A stretch of DNA of 59,173 bases, taken from the NCBI RefSeq assembly GCF_001194135.2, contig NC_068982.1:143710310-143769482 (forward strand), read 5' to 3'. Shown here one piece after another: positions 38,000-52,083 of this stretch (the stretch's first letter is position 1; every line of letters starts with the position of its first letter). The DNA comes from Octopus bimaculoides. Lineage: Eukaryota. The notes below the pieces were generated by a model. It was not told the DNA's origin. It saw nothing but the letters and a program-made list of their open reading frames with translations, and did no database searches. The translations under genes and the position numbers were made by a program.

Positions 38000-39050
38000 T
38001 ATTTCTAGTATAAGAGGTGGATGTTGATTCTTTGTGCCTTCTGATTAATTAAAAGAGTAGCATTTGGGTTACCTCCAATGTGTTGGTTATTAAACTTCAC
38101 GAACCACTCCTCAACCGTTATTGAGGTGGGTAATGTATTGAAGGTCAGAAGTTTAAATGATAAGGCTGGAGAAAATAATAGGATTACTAGAAAATAGGAA
38201 AGTTATGGATCTAGGCACCCTTGTAATTTTATTTTTTTAAACAAAGAAGAAGACTGATAAGGAGAAGTGTTATGAATACCAAGTCCTTAACTAAACTATT
38301 TTCAGCTCGAACTTCTGTAGATTGATAACAATATGGAAGATATGAGAAAAGAGGAACTTCAAGAGAGTTTTAATTATGGAATGAGAGGGTTGAGCATGTT
38401 AAAATGGGTGGGCTTTGCAGTGGTGGTATGCAGTTTACAAGTTCAGAGAGACAGAAAGCATAGAAATGCAAACCGATATAAATGAGGAGAGTTGAAAAAA
38501 AAAATCTTTCTGAGCCAGTGATTGTAGCGTATTTGGGAAGTGAATCTTTTTCAATCAACCAGACAGTCATCTGTGGATGCGGTCTAGAATGCATCTGCAC
38601 CATACCAGTTATTCAACTAATACTGTAAAATCACTTCTGATATTTGTAGTATTTTATACCCGGAGCATTGACAATGTTTTCGATGCATACTCAACAAGAA
38701 AGATTATTAAAATTTTATAAGGTTTATCATTCACAGCGACTTTAATAGATTTCTTCTTGCATGTAGCAGTTGACAAACTAAAACGCATCCTTTGCATTTC
38801 CTCCACACCAGTACGGAACTATTAGAAGTCAATGAATATATTTTGCAACACGGTTAATGTCATGTCTCGCACACACACATTCTTAAACTCAGCCAAATCT
38901 ATAACTCTCAAACCTTTCAAAGAAGCCTTCAAACATTCTGCAGCATTAATTCATCATTGAATAAAATATCGCTGATAGCTTAAGGCTTCTGAGACCAAAT
39001 TACTTGTTGATATACAGTACTTATAAAAACCACTTTTTACTTATAAAATC
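38000..39050 (-). mobile_element. Highly decayed possible Penelope-type RT
   Basis: Weak remnants on the minus strand (acagatgactgtctggtt as DD motif, aacatgctcaaccctctcattcca). Tentative. Confidence 0.25.
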
Positions 39051-39099
39051 CCCCATTACATAGGTTATAAAAAGCAATAAAATTTGAAACAAAACTCGA

Positions 39100-39550
39100 C
39101 TGGTCAGTACAGTTGCAGTCGGTATTCGAGGTAGCCAGCATACGTCTCAGTCGCCATCATTCAGCCCGTCAATTGAGAAGGTAAAAAAATCCAGAAACAT
39201 CAAAATAATATCAAACAACAAAGAGAAACAGGTTCCAACAAGTCCAAGGTATAGAATCTGACCTAAAGAAACATTGGAATACCTTTAAAGCTGTGTCACA
39301 GACTACAGATGAAATAATAATAAGAGGATCAAATAAAGAAACAACGGAGCCAAGAAACAACATGGGGCCTTGTAAATAAAAGGAAAAGTAACTTTGAGTA
39401 TAAGAGCTGGAGTAAATATAAAGGAAGAAATGGGGAAGTATGACAAAGAATACTAAGATCTGGACTGACAAGTAAAACGGATGTCATGCCGACACTGGCT
39501 ATTAAACAAACAACAAGACAATCGAGCAAACTATCTCATAGGTTATCAGA
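39100..39550 (+). mobile_element. RTE-like LINE linker fragment
   Basis: NRFQQVQGIESDLKKHWNTFKAV and TWGLVNKRK resemble the RTE APE-RT linker. Confidence 0.4.
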
Positions 39551-39649
39551 CCTTCGTAGTGTACAAAAATTTTGTAATTTTCTGAAATATTAGTTCCCCA
39601 AACATTGTTTTTAACTCCTCAACCTCATCTTTCATCCCACACACAATCA

Positions 39650-40250
39650 CCATGTGAAGAAATTTGGGGCCATTCCATCCAACAAGGTGATCAGTTCCGA
39701 CTGTGTCTCTTCCTTTACGCTTAAACAGCGAACACTGTATTCCATAGTGTTTATTCTCATCAAAATCTCTTCGAGAGATATTCCTATAGAATCATGTGAC
39801 GGTGTATTTCCTTCCTAAGAATAGTAATTTGTCTGGCTCCACAGAATACCAATCTTTCGCCCTCGCTGACAAAAAACAGTCGTAAACAGTTATCAGTTTG
39901 GATCTCTATATTTGTACTAGTGGCCTCTGTAATTGTGACCACTAGTAGTTTCCATCAAGACAGGTAACCTAGATATCTGTTATCTTAAGTCACTCCTTCC
40001 CTGCTGGTAAAAATTCGTCAAAAGCAATATTATTACTCATGACATTAGCAAAGCCTTCGACTTTAAGAATCCGCTTGTTAAGACACTCGCTTTTGCATGC
40101 CTACAGACTCCATCTTCGTCTTATCTTTTTAAGACACTCTTCCAATCATATGCACAGCCTTATCCACAGATGTCAGCTTATTCCAATTCGCCTACCATTC
40201 TCTAGACACAGATGCACCGCCCTACATTAGTCACATAGAAACCTTGTTAA
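39650..40250 (+). mobile_element. CR1/Jockey-group RT remnant
   Basis: gacattagcaaagccttcgac reads DISKAFD, an RT motif; surroundings decayed. Confidence 0.4.
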
Positions 40251-43200
40251 GATCGACGGTCATAAAGCAGAACCTACCAAACCCACGTCTTTTTTATCAG
40301 CAACACCAGACAACATCAATTACAAAAAATCATCATACTCAGCCAAATAAACAGATCTCATACACAGAATACAAAAATATCAGGAGTTATATACAAGGCT
40401 TCTAAATCATTTCCAACAGAATAGTGCAGTCATAATGAGGTATAGCACTGATTTCTCTCTACCACGACCACCACAAGAAAAATCCCAATACATTAGATCT
40501 ATCTCTGATTATAACGGTAATACCTGCTATATTAAAGCAACAATAGCAAAACACCGAGTTGTGCATATAACTACTATTCACTTAAAGCCATTTCGATTAT
40601 TCAAAGACCATATCTCAACTCATTCAATCCAACAGTAGTAATACTCTTACAAACTCACTTTCGATTTGAATACTCACAATTCTATTGAACAAACTATTTC
40701 TTGAAACCGCTTTTAAAAGAGACTACGCTGTTTTAACTCCATTAGAAGTTTTCGAGTTCTTTTCATGGAAGAAGTGTAACTCTGACTTGAAGTATTTCAG
40801 CTTGTGTGATGGACGTTTGTGTTTGGAAGGTTAAGTAAAAATGGAAATCTGGTATTATTTCGTAGATATTGCAGTAAGGTCATTAACACGCAAGAAGGAA
40901 ACATGTGGGAGACATAATTGTACAATGCATTAGAGTTAAAGGCTTGTTAGAAAAAACTCCTTTAGTGCATGTTGAATAGGACCAATCCGATTTGACAGGA
41001 AACTTTCGATGCAATAAAAGACAGATTGAACCTATAATTGAGGTAAAGTGAACCACATAACTATCAGATTTTAATGTAGAAGACTTTGCTGGTATCAAGA
41101 GTAATGACAGCACTTTCGCCGAAGTTCTTAGCGACGAACGGCAATTTTGTGAGTGACTTAAGGTTACAGATTTCTGTTAGATCCTTCATTACAGAAGCTA
41201 CTTGAAACCACTGAAAAGGTAGAGACCAAAAGTGATAAACGAGTTTTTTATTTACGATAGTTTCCATCATCAGGTTTTAAAAGAGAAGGGGACGGAGTCA
41301 GGGAAATTGCCATACTTGGAAGTGAAGAGCAATGTCACATGTAAATATCCTGTATAGAGTTTGGTGAGAAAAAGCGCTATCTATGGAATAGACGGACCCA
41401 GCCAGGTCTGATCAACTTGTTCGGTGGAATAACCAAAACTTTTTTTCATATAGCGACTGTATGTAACATGAAAGGTTAGGTTGAGAAGAGAAGTTCAGGA
41501 ATGGTTTTATCTGTGTAGATTTGGAAGTAAAATGAATAGCAAATGAGGAGGCTTTACATGTTGAACTGCTACTTGCGGAACTGATTGAAGAAATCATCGA
41601 CGCAGGGGAACACAAGGCTCAATTTATATTTAGTAGATGAGACTGCTTGTAAATCTTGCAATGAAATATGTTAAAAGATTGGTGTATCCTTAAGTTTATA
41701 TGTATGATGTTTATTTATGTATAGTGTGAGTGTGAATGTATGTATGTATGTATGTATGTATGTATGTATGTATGTACGTATGTGTCTCTTCTAGTTTTTA
41801 ATTATTATAAATCTTCCACTGAGCCAGTTTTCAACATAGATACAAGGCTTCATCTTTGGAATATGACTCGTACCCTCTCAGGTCACAGCTATTCTCATCG
41901 AATTCTAATGATTATAAACTCTCTTCAGGTTATACTGCGGGGACAGCTTGTAAGAATTTGCTTTAAGGAAATTATAATCAATTCATTCGTTTAAAATATT
42001 CCTCTCTCTTAGAATTCTTCGATAAATTTCAGGCTTCAGATCAACATGAAATTACAAAGAAGGAAAACTCCGTTACATAAACAACCTCATTAAAAAGAGT
42101 GTCAATGACATACTCATTAGTGTATACATATATCACAGACTATATTAAGGGTAAAACAACAATTGTCAGGAAGCTGCAAGACAAGCCTCTCCTACGGGTG
42201 AATCAGGACTTCACATCAAACCATGATTATAAGAATGACTAAGTAATTCAACATTATTCGAAGATCTAACATTGATATTGCAAACTTATGTGAGGACTAT
42301 TGGAGCGAAGTGGTGAGACATTGGGTCGCGTTTTCGAACCACAACTGAAATAAAACTAATTTCATGTTTATTTCACCAATACTCATTAGAAAACAAAGTC
42401 ACATAATCTCTGTTGGTTGACTTTTTATAATCAGTGGTAGTTATCTGTGGATGATTTACTGTACTAGGTTTGTGAAAGGTTAAAAACAGGTATTATGAAA
42501 AGAGCTAAAACATTGAACGGTACAGTTCTCGTTATACCGAATAGTGGTGAGAAAGTTTTCACCTAAATTCTTTCAAACCGGTTGCAAACAATATGCGTCC
42601 ATCGTATTAAACAATACGACCTTTAACCTAACCAACATAAAAAAAAAAAATTGCACTTTGCAACTCACTAACCTAAATCATTTGGTCAACCTTTTCCAAC
42701 CTAGCAGTTTCTACCCTCTGTAATATATATATATAGAGAGAGAGAGGGGGGGNNNNNNNNNNNNNNNNNNNNNNNNNNNNNNNNNNNNNNNNNNNNNNNN
42801 NNNNNNNNNNNNNNNNNNNNNNNNNNNNNNNNNNNNNNNNNNNNNNNNNNNNNNNNNNNNNNNNNNNNNNNNNNNNNNNNNNNNNNNNNNNNNNNNNNNN
42901 NNNNNNNNNNNNNNNNNNNNNNNNNNNNNNNNNNNNNNNNNNNNNNNNNNNNNNNNNNNNNNNNNNNNNNNNNNNNNNNNNNNNNNNNNNNNNNNNNNNN
43001 NNNNNNNNNNNNNNNNNNNNNNNNNNNNNNNNNNNNNNNNNNNNNNNNNNNNNNNNNNNNNNNNNNNNNNNNNNNNNNNTTCTGTGGCGATCTTAGTTAA
43101 CTGATTAATTCTGACAGCTTCTTTCAGTTGCAGCCGCAATAATTTTAATGTAAACTCTGTATTAATATATTAACTTAAAAACAACAATGACCTAAATTTA

Positions 43201-44289
43201 TGAATTAATTTAATTTGAGAAAACAGTCACTCATACAATTTTACTGTTTTGATTCATTTTCGTTTTTTTTTGTTTTTTTTTTTTTGTTAAATTTTATTTC
43301 AGTTTGATATTTAGTGAATATATTTCTGTAGCGTAGAATGTTTGATAAAGCAGCATCACCAGAATTTAGTTTTATTTCAGTTTAGAAGTAATATTTGTAC
43401 ATTTACTCCAGATTGTGTATGTAGATATTTCTTCTTTTTTAATTACGTCATTAAAACTTGCAATTCAGGTGAGATAACACTGAAGAAAAAAAAATATTAC
43501 TATTTTTATTTTGTGGCAGGAAAATTATCATTTAATCTATGTTGTTTATGTGTCTTTAACGAGAAGAAAATTGATGATGTGAAAGAACCTTCAAAGATGT
43601 TCTAAAGGAACTAGGAGCTGGAGGTCGTAGGCATGGCTGTATTGCCAGAAGGTTTACTTGGAAACTACCCAGGCAAATATCTTCGACGATAGCCTGAGGT
43701 TGAAAACTTCTGAATGAATTTTAATGGACAGAAACTGTACTGGTGGCCCTCTGTGTATGTATGTATGTATGTATGTATGTATGTATGTATGTATGCATGC
43801 ATGTATGTATGTATGTATGTATGCATGTATGTATGTATGTATGTATGTATGTATGTATGTATTAGACAATAATACGAATGGCTTATACCAGGTAGCTTAC
43901 TGGCAAAGCACGATTACTTTCATAGTGTTCGTTATGTATTTGATTAATGAAAGACGGACGATGGAAAATAGAGAAATTTTATTAATCGCTACAACTGTTT
44001 CGACCTATCTAGCATCGATCCCTCACGGGTGGGATACGTAACAACTGGTTCAGTACCATCCAACAGTGCAGTTCTGCAATGTATCTTCTCAGTTCGTGTA
44101 AAGAAAAGTAGCAAATTAGAGGATATAGCTTCATTTATATAGAAGATCAATAATAAAACAACAAATGCAAAAAAACAACAAAAAAACAAACGAAAACATA
44201 GAAACGAAAACAGAAAACGAACTTTTTTCGAACAACGAAAAAAAAAGAAACAGAGAAACGAGACATGCAACATAATAAGTATATCCCTT

Positions 44290-44760
44290 AATAATTACAC
44301 AAAGAAGATTGACTCGATACAAAAGATGGGCTACTGAGAATGACAAAAGGAGCTGAGTCTCTATTCCCTGGAGAGAAGATGAGAGAGATATGCGGTGATA
44401 TATATTTGGAAGATCTTGGAGGGTTTAGTTCCCAATTTTGGAATTGACAGCTATACCAGTTCTCTGCATCATACCAAAATCCTGTCTTCCCCATCTAAAA
44501 TGAGGACACAGTACTGCAATAGTCTGGGTTTCAAGGACCCACAATTGTTCAACAGCCTGCCAGGCAACCTTAGAGATCTACATGGTGTTGACGTGGAAGT
44601 TTTCAAGGAATGCCTGGATAGGTTTCTATCTGAGATACCAGATGAACTCACATCGCGGCAGGAGACGCAAAGAAGAGCAGCTCCGTCCAACTCGCTACTT
44701 CACCAAAAACAATACCGGAAACAATACCGAGTAACTACAAGTAGTGCACCAGCATGAGCT
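44290..44760 (+). mobile_element. CR1/L2-group LINE 3' end
   Basis: LYSLERR.ERYAVIYIWKILEGLVPNF..GFKDPQLFNSLPGNLR..FKECLDRFLSEIPD..NSLLHQ. Confidence 0.8.
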
Positions 44761-44895
44761 TAGCCCTGAGCTGATACCAGTAAGAGATAAAAGATATTAG
44801 AAATTTATTAAGATTATAATATATGATTATACTATAAAAAGATATGATATAATATATATTATATTATATAACAAATAATTAAAACAAATATATAT

Positions 44896-44972
44896 CCTAT
44901 AATTTGTTTCGACTCATATCCACCAGTGAATTTATAAAAATTCCCATTTATGCATATGAGTCTCATCAGTGT
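44896..44972 (-). ncRNA. Hammerhead ribozyme core (type I, PLE-like), probably degenerate
   Basis: Minus strand CTGATGA-GACTCATAT-(34 nt)-ATATGAGTC-GAAAC; perfect 9-bp stem II, but stems I and III are mismatched. Confidence 0.55.
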
Positions 44973-45399
44973 AATATTTGTATATACAATAGAAAAGCAA
45001 ATTTCATGTAAGGGCTGCTAAATCATAAAATCGACTGATTTAAAATATACCTAGGTTTACAAGCGTGATCGTTAATAATATAAAGATATAATAAATATAA
45101 TAAAAACAAAAATCCAAATAGATAAAATAAATTAAATAAACAAGCAACACAATTACAACGGTCATAAAATGTTCTTAATAATATTAATCTAAAGATGTTT
45201 TAATCTAAACTTATCACTGCCCGTTTTTATTATGTAATAAAACCTATATAATATGTTAAGGATTTAAGGTGGAGAAGGAAATATATTTTATTTAAAATTT
45301 CTATATACTGTGATGAAAAAATAAATAAGGATATATTTTATTTAGACACTAAATTCATTAAAAAAATCTTTTAACCAACGATTCATTAATTCAAAAGTT

Positions 45400-45900
45400 T
45401 CTACTAAATACTCCGATGTTAAACAAATGTATAAAGTTACGATTATTATTAATTATACTATTTCTTTCATGAAAATGATAACAATATATAAATAAATAAA
45501 GTATCAGAATTTTACTTAGTTTTACCGAAGGAAACAAATTAGGGTTAGCCAATAGTTTTATTATTCTATAATTTTTATGAGCATACACGTTCGAAAGACC
45601 ATAATATGATGATATATACTAAAAATAGGGTCTACAAGAAATATTCACATATGCATGATTATTCAAAAAGATATATAACTATATTTAAGAATAATTCTAA
45701 TCTATTTATGCATACTAATATAAATATTATTCTTAATAAATAACAAGTAAAAGACACAAATTTACTTACTTTATCAGAGGAAAATACCATTGTAAATCCA
45801 TGCTTATATATTTATATATTCACTGGTTAAGGAAAAATAACCGGAAATACGTACTTACAATAGAAATGTTTTTAATCACGACAGGGCCTTTTATAAAATT
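45400..45900 (+). mobile_element. Decayed Penelope GIY-YIG 3' remnant
   Basis: atagggtctaca (IGST) and aatttacttact..gtaaatccatgc parallel the IGST and LLN..CRH end of the 35768-36352 ORF; very AT-rich. Confidence 0.3.
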
Positions 45901-46153
45901 ATTTATATATTATTATTATCATTAAATTCAATTTATATACTTTTTATCATTTTATATAAAGATGATAGCATAATTAAAACGTATATCTTAAATTTAACTA
46001 CGAATATAGTGATATAGCTTACACTTAAGACAAATACATTATATTATATTATATTTATGACAAATATATTATATTTTAAAAATATTAAGACAAATATATT
46101 ATACTTAATACTAAATTTATCAATGAATCCACTGGAACAATTGTTGTTTATTG

Positions 46154-46454
46154 TTGGCACTCCGTCGCTTACGACGTCAAGGGTTTCAGCTGATCCTATC
46201 AACTGAACAGCCTGCTCGTGAAATTAACGTGCAAGTGACTGAGCACTCCACAGACACGTGTACCCTTAACGTAGTTCTCGGGGATATTTAGCGTGACACA
46301 GTGTGACAAGGCTGACCCTTTGAAATACAGGTACAACAGAAACAGGAAGAAAGAGTGAGAGAAAGTTGTGGTGAAAGAGTACAGCAGGGTTCGCCACCAT
46401 CCCCTGCCGGAGCCTCGTGAAGCTTTAGGTGTTTTCACTTAATAAACACTCACA
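46154..46454 (-). mobile_element. SINE family C
   Basis: Reverse complement of 32578-32941 (ggcactccgtcg, gtgtgacaaggctgaccctttgaaa, ccggagcctcgtgaagctttaggtgtttt). Confidence 0.85.
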
Positions 46455-47164
46455 NNNNNNNNNNNNNNNNNNNNNNNNNNNNNNNNNNNNNNNNNNNNNN
46501 NNNNNNNNNNNNNNNNNNNNNNNNNNNNNNNNNNNNNNNNNNNNNNNNNNNNNNNNNNNNNNNNNNNNNNNNNNNNNNNNNNNNNNNNNNNNNNNNNNNN
46601 NNNNNNNNNNNNNNNNNNNNNNNNNNNNNNNNNNNNNNNNNNNNNNNNNNNNNNNNNNNNNNNNNNNNNNNNNNNNNNNNNNNNNNNNNNNNNNNNNNNN
46701 NNNNNNNNNNNNNNNNNNNNNNNNNNNNNNNNNNNNNNNNNNNNNNNNNNNNNNNNNNNNNNNNNNNNNNNNNNNNNNNNNNNNNNNNNNNNNNNNNNNN
46801 NNNNNNNNNNNNNNNNNNNNNNNNNNNNNNNNNNNNNNNNNNNNNNNNNNNNNNNNNNNNNNNNNNNNNNNNNNNNNNNNNNNNNNNNNNNNNNNNNNNN
46901 NNNNNNNNNNNNNNNNNNNNNNNNNNNNNNNNNNNNNNNNNNNNNNNNNNNNNNNNNNNNNNNNNNNNNNNNNNNNNNNNNNNNNNNNNNNNNNNNNNNN
47001 NNNNNNNGCACATATACATATACACGCATATATAAATAAACACATATATACACACATATATACATATATATAGACACACGTATATACACACACGTATATA
47101 CATACACACACACTCATACACGCATATACACAAGTGTGTACATATAAACATACGTACATACATT

Positions 47165-47530
47165 CGTATGTTGCAGTATCTTGTCCTATATCTTGATGGC
47201 AAATTTGGAGTCTTTGGCACTATGTTCTAGCGTAAGTGTAACTCTCAATGTCAAAGTTTGGGACAAGTCCCTCCAGAATCTTCCAGATATATATTATGGC
47301 ATATATTTTCCGCCTACGCTTCAGGGAATAGAGTCTCAATCTTTTGGGTCTTTCCCAGTAGCTTATATGCTGCATAGAGGCTATCTTCTTCGTGTAGTTT
47401 CGTTGGATTGTCTGAAGTTCTACAATTAATTTTACACTGGTTGCTGACCATATCTGGGGGAAATAGTCATAGCGGCTTAGGACAAATGTCCTCCAGAGGG
47501 CCATCATTGTTTCCTGATCTCTCGTTTTAA
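47165..47530 (-). mobile_element. CR1/L2-group LINE fragment, same family as 44290
   Basis: ORF 47220-47507: QRNYTKKI..SYWER..LYSLKRRR..IIYIWKILEGLVPNF. Confidence 0.8.
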
Positions 47531-47663
47531 AAGTTCTACGAATCCATCCGCTCAGTCACCTGCGTTTCATTGCCAAACGTAGCAACATGCACATGGAAGG
47601 CTGCATCTTTGACGTTCTGAGCCTACGCTCCTATATATATATATATATATATATATTCAAACG

Positions 47664-47717
<54 letters not shown>

Positions 47718-48352
47718 TACATATATACAACACAAATACACACAGACTCATACACATATATACACACAACAAGGAAGAACTTTACGCTTAATCATTATTT
47801 TTAAAACAAGTGTTTTATTTCATTTAAGGAGTTTTCGCAATTTTTGATTAGTTTTTACAGCTTGTTTTGAACATTTCTAAGGACTTTATGGTCTCATCTT
47901 CTGGATGGAGTTATTAAATTTAAAGTTGATGTTGATATTTGTTACTGCTGTTTAATAACAGGCAGAAATCATGCGATTGATGTTGTGTTAATGATGTTAT
48001 TATCAGCGGGTTTGAAGTAACGGCGATAATGATACGTTTAATACAACACCATGCCTATGAAGAACTAGAAAGGTCAACGAATCTAGGAATGCTAATGTTC
48101 AAAAGAAAATGTAAAGAATAAGAAAGAAAGCAAATTTATAAATTAAAAAAGATAAAACTACAACACAGTCGTGTTCTTAATGAAACAGAGTAAAATAGAG
48201 AGAGAGGGGGGATAAAGAAGGAAAGAAACAAAGAGTGAGACAAAGAGAGAAAGAGCGGGGAGAGAGATATACTGAAAGATATATATTTTGAAAAGTAGTG
48301 TTAGAATGCATATGTTGCAGGTGAAAAAGATCGTGAGTTTGCTTCAAAAAGT

Positions 48353-48500
<148 letters not shown>

Positions 48501-49482
48501 GAGAAAGAGAGAAAACGAAGGAATGAGGGAAGAGTAGATGGAAACAGAGGAGGGATGAAAGAGATTATGAAGCGAAGTTCTTGTATTGATATTTAAAACG
48601 TGACGATGTCAAACACCACCGAGATGATGTAATGTAATTGGCAATTATTATCAATTGAAAATACGACACCCCCACCTTCCAAATGTAAATGTTGAATTAG
48701 AAGATATTTCAAGAACAACACACTAGCAACAACAACTTAAAATACAAATCTGAAAGGTTACTATTAAATCGAACTAAATACTCGATATACAAAGACGCTG
48801 TGATGCAATTACATTTGTACTGGCGGTGATCATTGTTGATCGATATCGAGGTTGATATATCTCATGATAAACATCGGGATAGTAATTGCTATGATTTGCG
48901 ATGCATTGTAATATCTACAGTAGATATTTGTGATAAATAATTTCGTAGATTTGAAAACAGACAATGGAATGTGGAGAGCTCATTATCTCGAGTGCTAAAG
49001 CTGATTACAAACTAATGTTAAAGTCATTAAATCTGAAGTATCCAGCGCAAGGCTAAATTACAAAACGAAAAGCGGGAGGTGTGATGTGCTCTTCTGTATT
49101 ATGAAGACTGTTTGCTAGTATTGTTGTTGTTGTACGTTGTTCTATTATTTATTGGTGTTATTGTTGTTGCTGCTTCTGCTGTTTCTGCACCAAACAAGAT
49201 GGCGTTTGCGGTCGCAAAATAAGAGCTTTATTGTATAGGAAAAGATATTTGATGCTGATCAAGATTAGCTTAAAAGTAGCATGTGCGAATGTGTATGTAT
49301 ATGTAAAGTGTAGATTTGTATTTGTGCGTATGTTTGTGTATATATGTGTCTGTGCCGACATGTGTTTGTGCATAGATGCTTTTGCGAGTGTATATGTCTC
49401 TACTAATTTGTAGTGAACGTGTGTTTGAGCGAGTGTATGTGTGCATGTGAGTGTATGTGTGTATGCATGTGTGTGTGTATTT

Positions 49483-49541
<59 letters not shown>

Positions 49542-49996
49542 TGTGTGTGTGTGTGTGTGTAAGATAGGAGAATATCGGTTACAGCTAGCGAAAGTTAATT
49601 CAATATTAGGATGTAGCTAAATTTTAAAGTCAGTGACCACTTCTCGTATCAGTTTACTGAATAGATATAGTAAATACTGTAAATCAGCAATTCTCAATCC
49701 TTTTGACTTCGTGGCGCACAGGAGATCAAATTAAATGATTTTGACACATTTCGTGAGAAAATTTAAGAATTATGAAACGTTTCACGTAGGAAGTTAAACA
49801 ATATTGGCGCACATTGTGTGGAAAGGTTGAACAAAATATGTATCAGTGTTTAAAGTGTAGAAAAAATACAGAACCTTGTTAACTTGTTTTAATAATCATA
49901 AATGTAAGACAATCATATATGTGTATAACAAAATTATGAATACATAAATTTATATAACAAAAATTGTAACTAAGATGTTTTTCAAGATGCCCAAGT

Positions 49997-50155
49997 ATCT
50001 TTACTTCGGTATTTACCATGAGAGAAACTGTCATATAGGCTTTTGGTGCAGAATGCATGCTTGTTTGCCTGCTCGCGGTATAAACAAACAAGCGTGTATT
50101 CTACACCAAAAGTTTATATGAGAGTCTCCTTCATGATAAATACCGAAGTAAAGAT
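49997..50155. repeat. Imperfect inverted repeat, 71-bp arms, 17-nt loop
   Basis: Arm 49997-50067 matches the reverse complement of 50085-50155 with mostly transition differences. Confidence 0.9.
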
Positions 50156-52042
50156 TGTTCTAACGGAACACTCACGTTCAAGTGGGAATAAATATTACCT
50201 CTCGGTATTAATACTGCCTCTGTCACACCCAGAGAAAGTTTAAGATGGAAAAAAAAGTGCAGGCTTTTCGTCAGGAGGAGGGAAAAAGAAAAGCACGTGT
50301 GACGTTGCATGGCTCAATCCAAAATGATTCCTGGTACAATAAGTCAGTAAGCATCAAGAATATATACAGCTAGCATAGATGACAAAAAGCGGAAATATAC
50401 GATAAAGAAAGTTTAATAACTGGCGTATGTTATATACTTCCTCCCATATCAAAATCGATGGAAGTTTCAATCAGTTGACAGTCACCATAAAACTCACGGT
50501 TTAACAATGAAAATTGCGAAACATACGAATAAAAATAAAAAATGTAAGCAGTGGAAAAGATAAATAAAGACTACATATGTTCCATAGCTAAACTTCATGT
50601 GTTGCATAACTCGTGATATGTTCAGAAGCCATTTAACTAATCCTCAAGTCCAGTTACCTTCGAGTTGTTCACGTCGTCTCATGGAGAAGAGTTATTTTTT
50701 TATCTTCCCAAGAATTTTATCCGTGGTATTAACCGCTGCCTTTGTTCTGAATATTACTATAAATTGCTTACCTTAGTTATCACGCCTAATCGCGTAGTTT
50801 TTAATGCTCACTTTGTTCCGTATAACTTTTACTTTATCCTCGACGCCAAAGTTAAGACTGTACTGCGTTGCCTTGAAACTCCTCTCTTCCTTGTCCTCTT
50901 TCGTCCTCCCCATCTCCCCTTCATCTTACCCCTAGGTTTCTTCACTCTCGTTTAATTGACATCTGTAAACACCCCACCCCTTTTTTTCTGTTAGGGTTGC
51001 TTGCCTGCTGATAATTATCCTCATTGATCATTTGGCTTAGCTTTTTCAGCCTACTATTTTACTGTGGCTAAATTAGCAAATCATTCACTCTTCTCCATGC
51101 AACGACATAAAAAGCTTGAGGATTAAGGAAACGGTTTTTGTACGCGTTACGAGTTATGTAACTCATAAAATTTAACTATGAAACATTTGTTTTCGTTTAC
51201 CTTTTCCATTCCTTNNNNNNNNNNNNNNNNNNNNNNNNNNNNNNNNNNNNNNNNNNNNNNNNNNNNNNNNNNNNNNNNNNNNNNNNNNNNNNNNNNNNNN
51301 NNNNNNNNNNNNNNNNNNNNNNNNNNNNNNNNNNNNNNNNNNNNNNNNNNNNNNNNNNNNNNNNNNNNNNNNNNNNNNNNNNNNNNNNNNNNNNNNNNNN
51401 NNNNNNNNNNNNNNNNNNNNNNNNNNNNNNNNNNNNNNNNNNNNNNNNNNNNNNNNNNNNNNNNNNNNNNNNNNNNNNNNNNNNNNNNNNNNNNNNNNNN
51501 NNNNNNNNNNNNNNNNNNNNNNNNNNNNNNNNNNNNNNNNNNNNNNNNNNNNNNNNNNNNNNNNNNNNNNNNNNNNNNNNNNNNNNNNNNNNNNNNNNNN
51601 NNNNNNNNNNNNNNNNNNNNNNNNNNNNNNNNNNNNNNNNNNNNNNNNNNNNNNNNNNNNNNNNNNNNNNNNNNNNNNNNNNNNNNNNNNNNNNNNNNNN
51701 NNNNNNNNNNNNNNNNNNNNNNNNNNNNNNNNNNNNNNNNNNNNNNNNNNNNNNNNNNNNNNNNNNNNNNNNNNNNNNNNNNNNNNNNNNNNNNNNNNNN
51801 NNNNNNNNNNNNNNNNNNNNNNNNNNNNNNNNNNNNNNNNNNNNNNNNNNNNNNNNNNNNNNNNNNNNNNNNNNNNNNNNNNNNNNNNNNNNNNNNNNNN
51901 NNNNNNNNNNNNNNNNNNNNNNNNNNNNNNNNNNNNNNNNNNNNNNNNNNNNNNNNNNNNNNNNNNNNNNNNNNNNNNNNNNNNNNNNNNNNNNNNNNNN
52001 NNNNNNNNNNNNNNNNNNNNNNNNNNNNNNNNNNNNNNNNNN

Positions 52043-52083
<41 letters not shown>

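Noticed and set aside
40250-41620. Possible Penelope C-terminal and LTR-retrotransposon remnants
   Set aside because: Only vague motif resemblance; cannot be classified by eye.
33040-44760. Idea that the CR1 pieces at 33.0 and 44.3 kb are one element split by 11 kb of insertions
   Set aside because: Same strand and order, but the intervening coding segment is missing and no shared TSD is visible; a third copy at 47.2 kb shows the family is simply common.
48813-48914. 102-nt minus exon candidate (ILQCIANHSNYYPDVYHEIYQPRYRSTMITASTN)
   Set aside because: Splice sites are average and there is no link to other exons or known motifs.
50665-50955. 96-aa plus ORF and antisense frame with several strong donors
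   Set aside because: No coherent exon; may be a decayed LINE endonuclease fragment.
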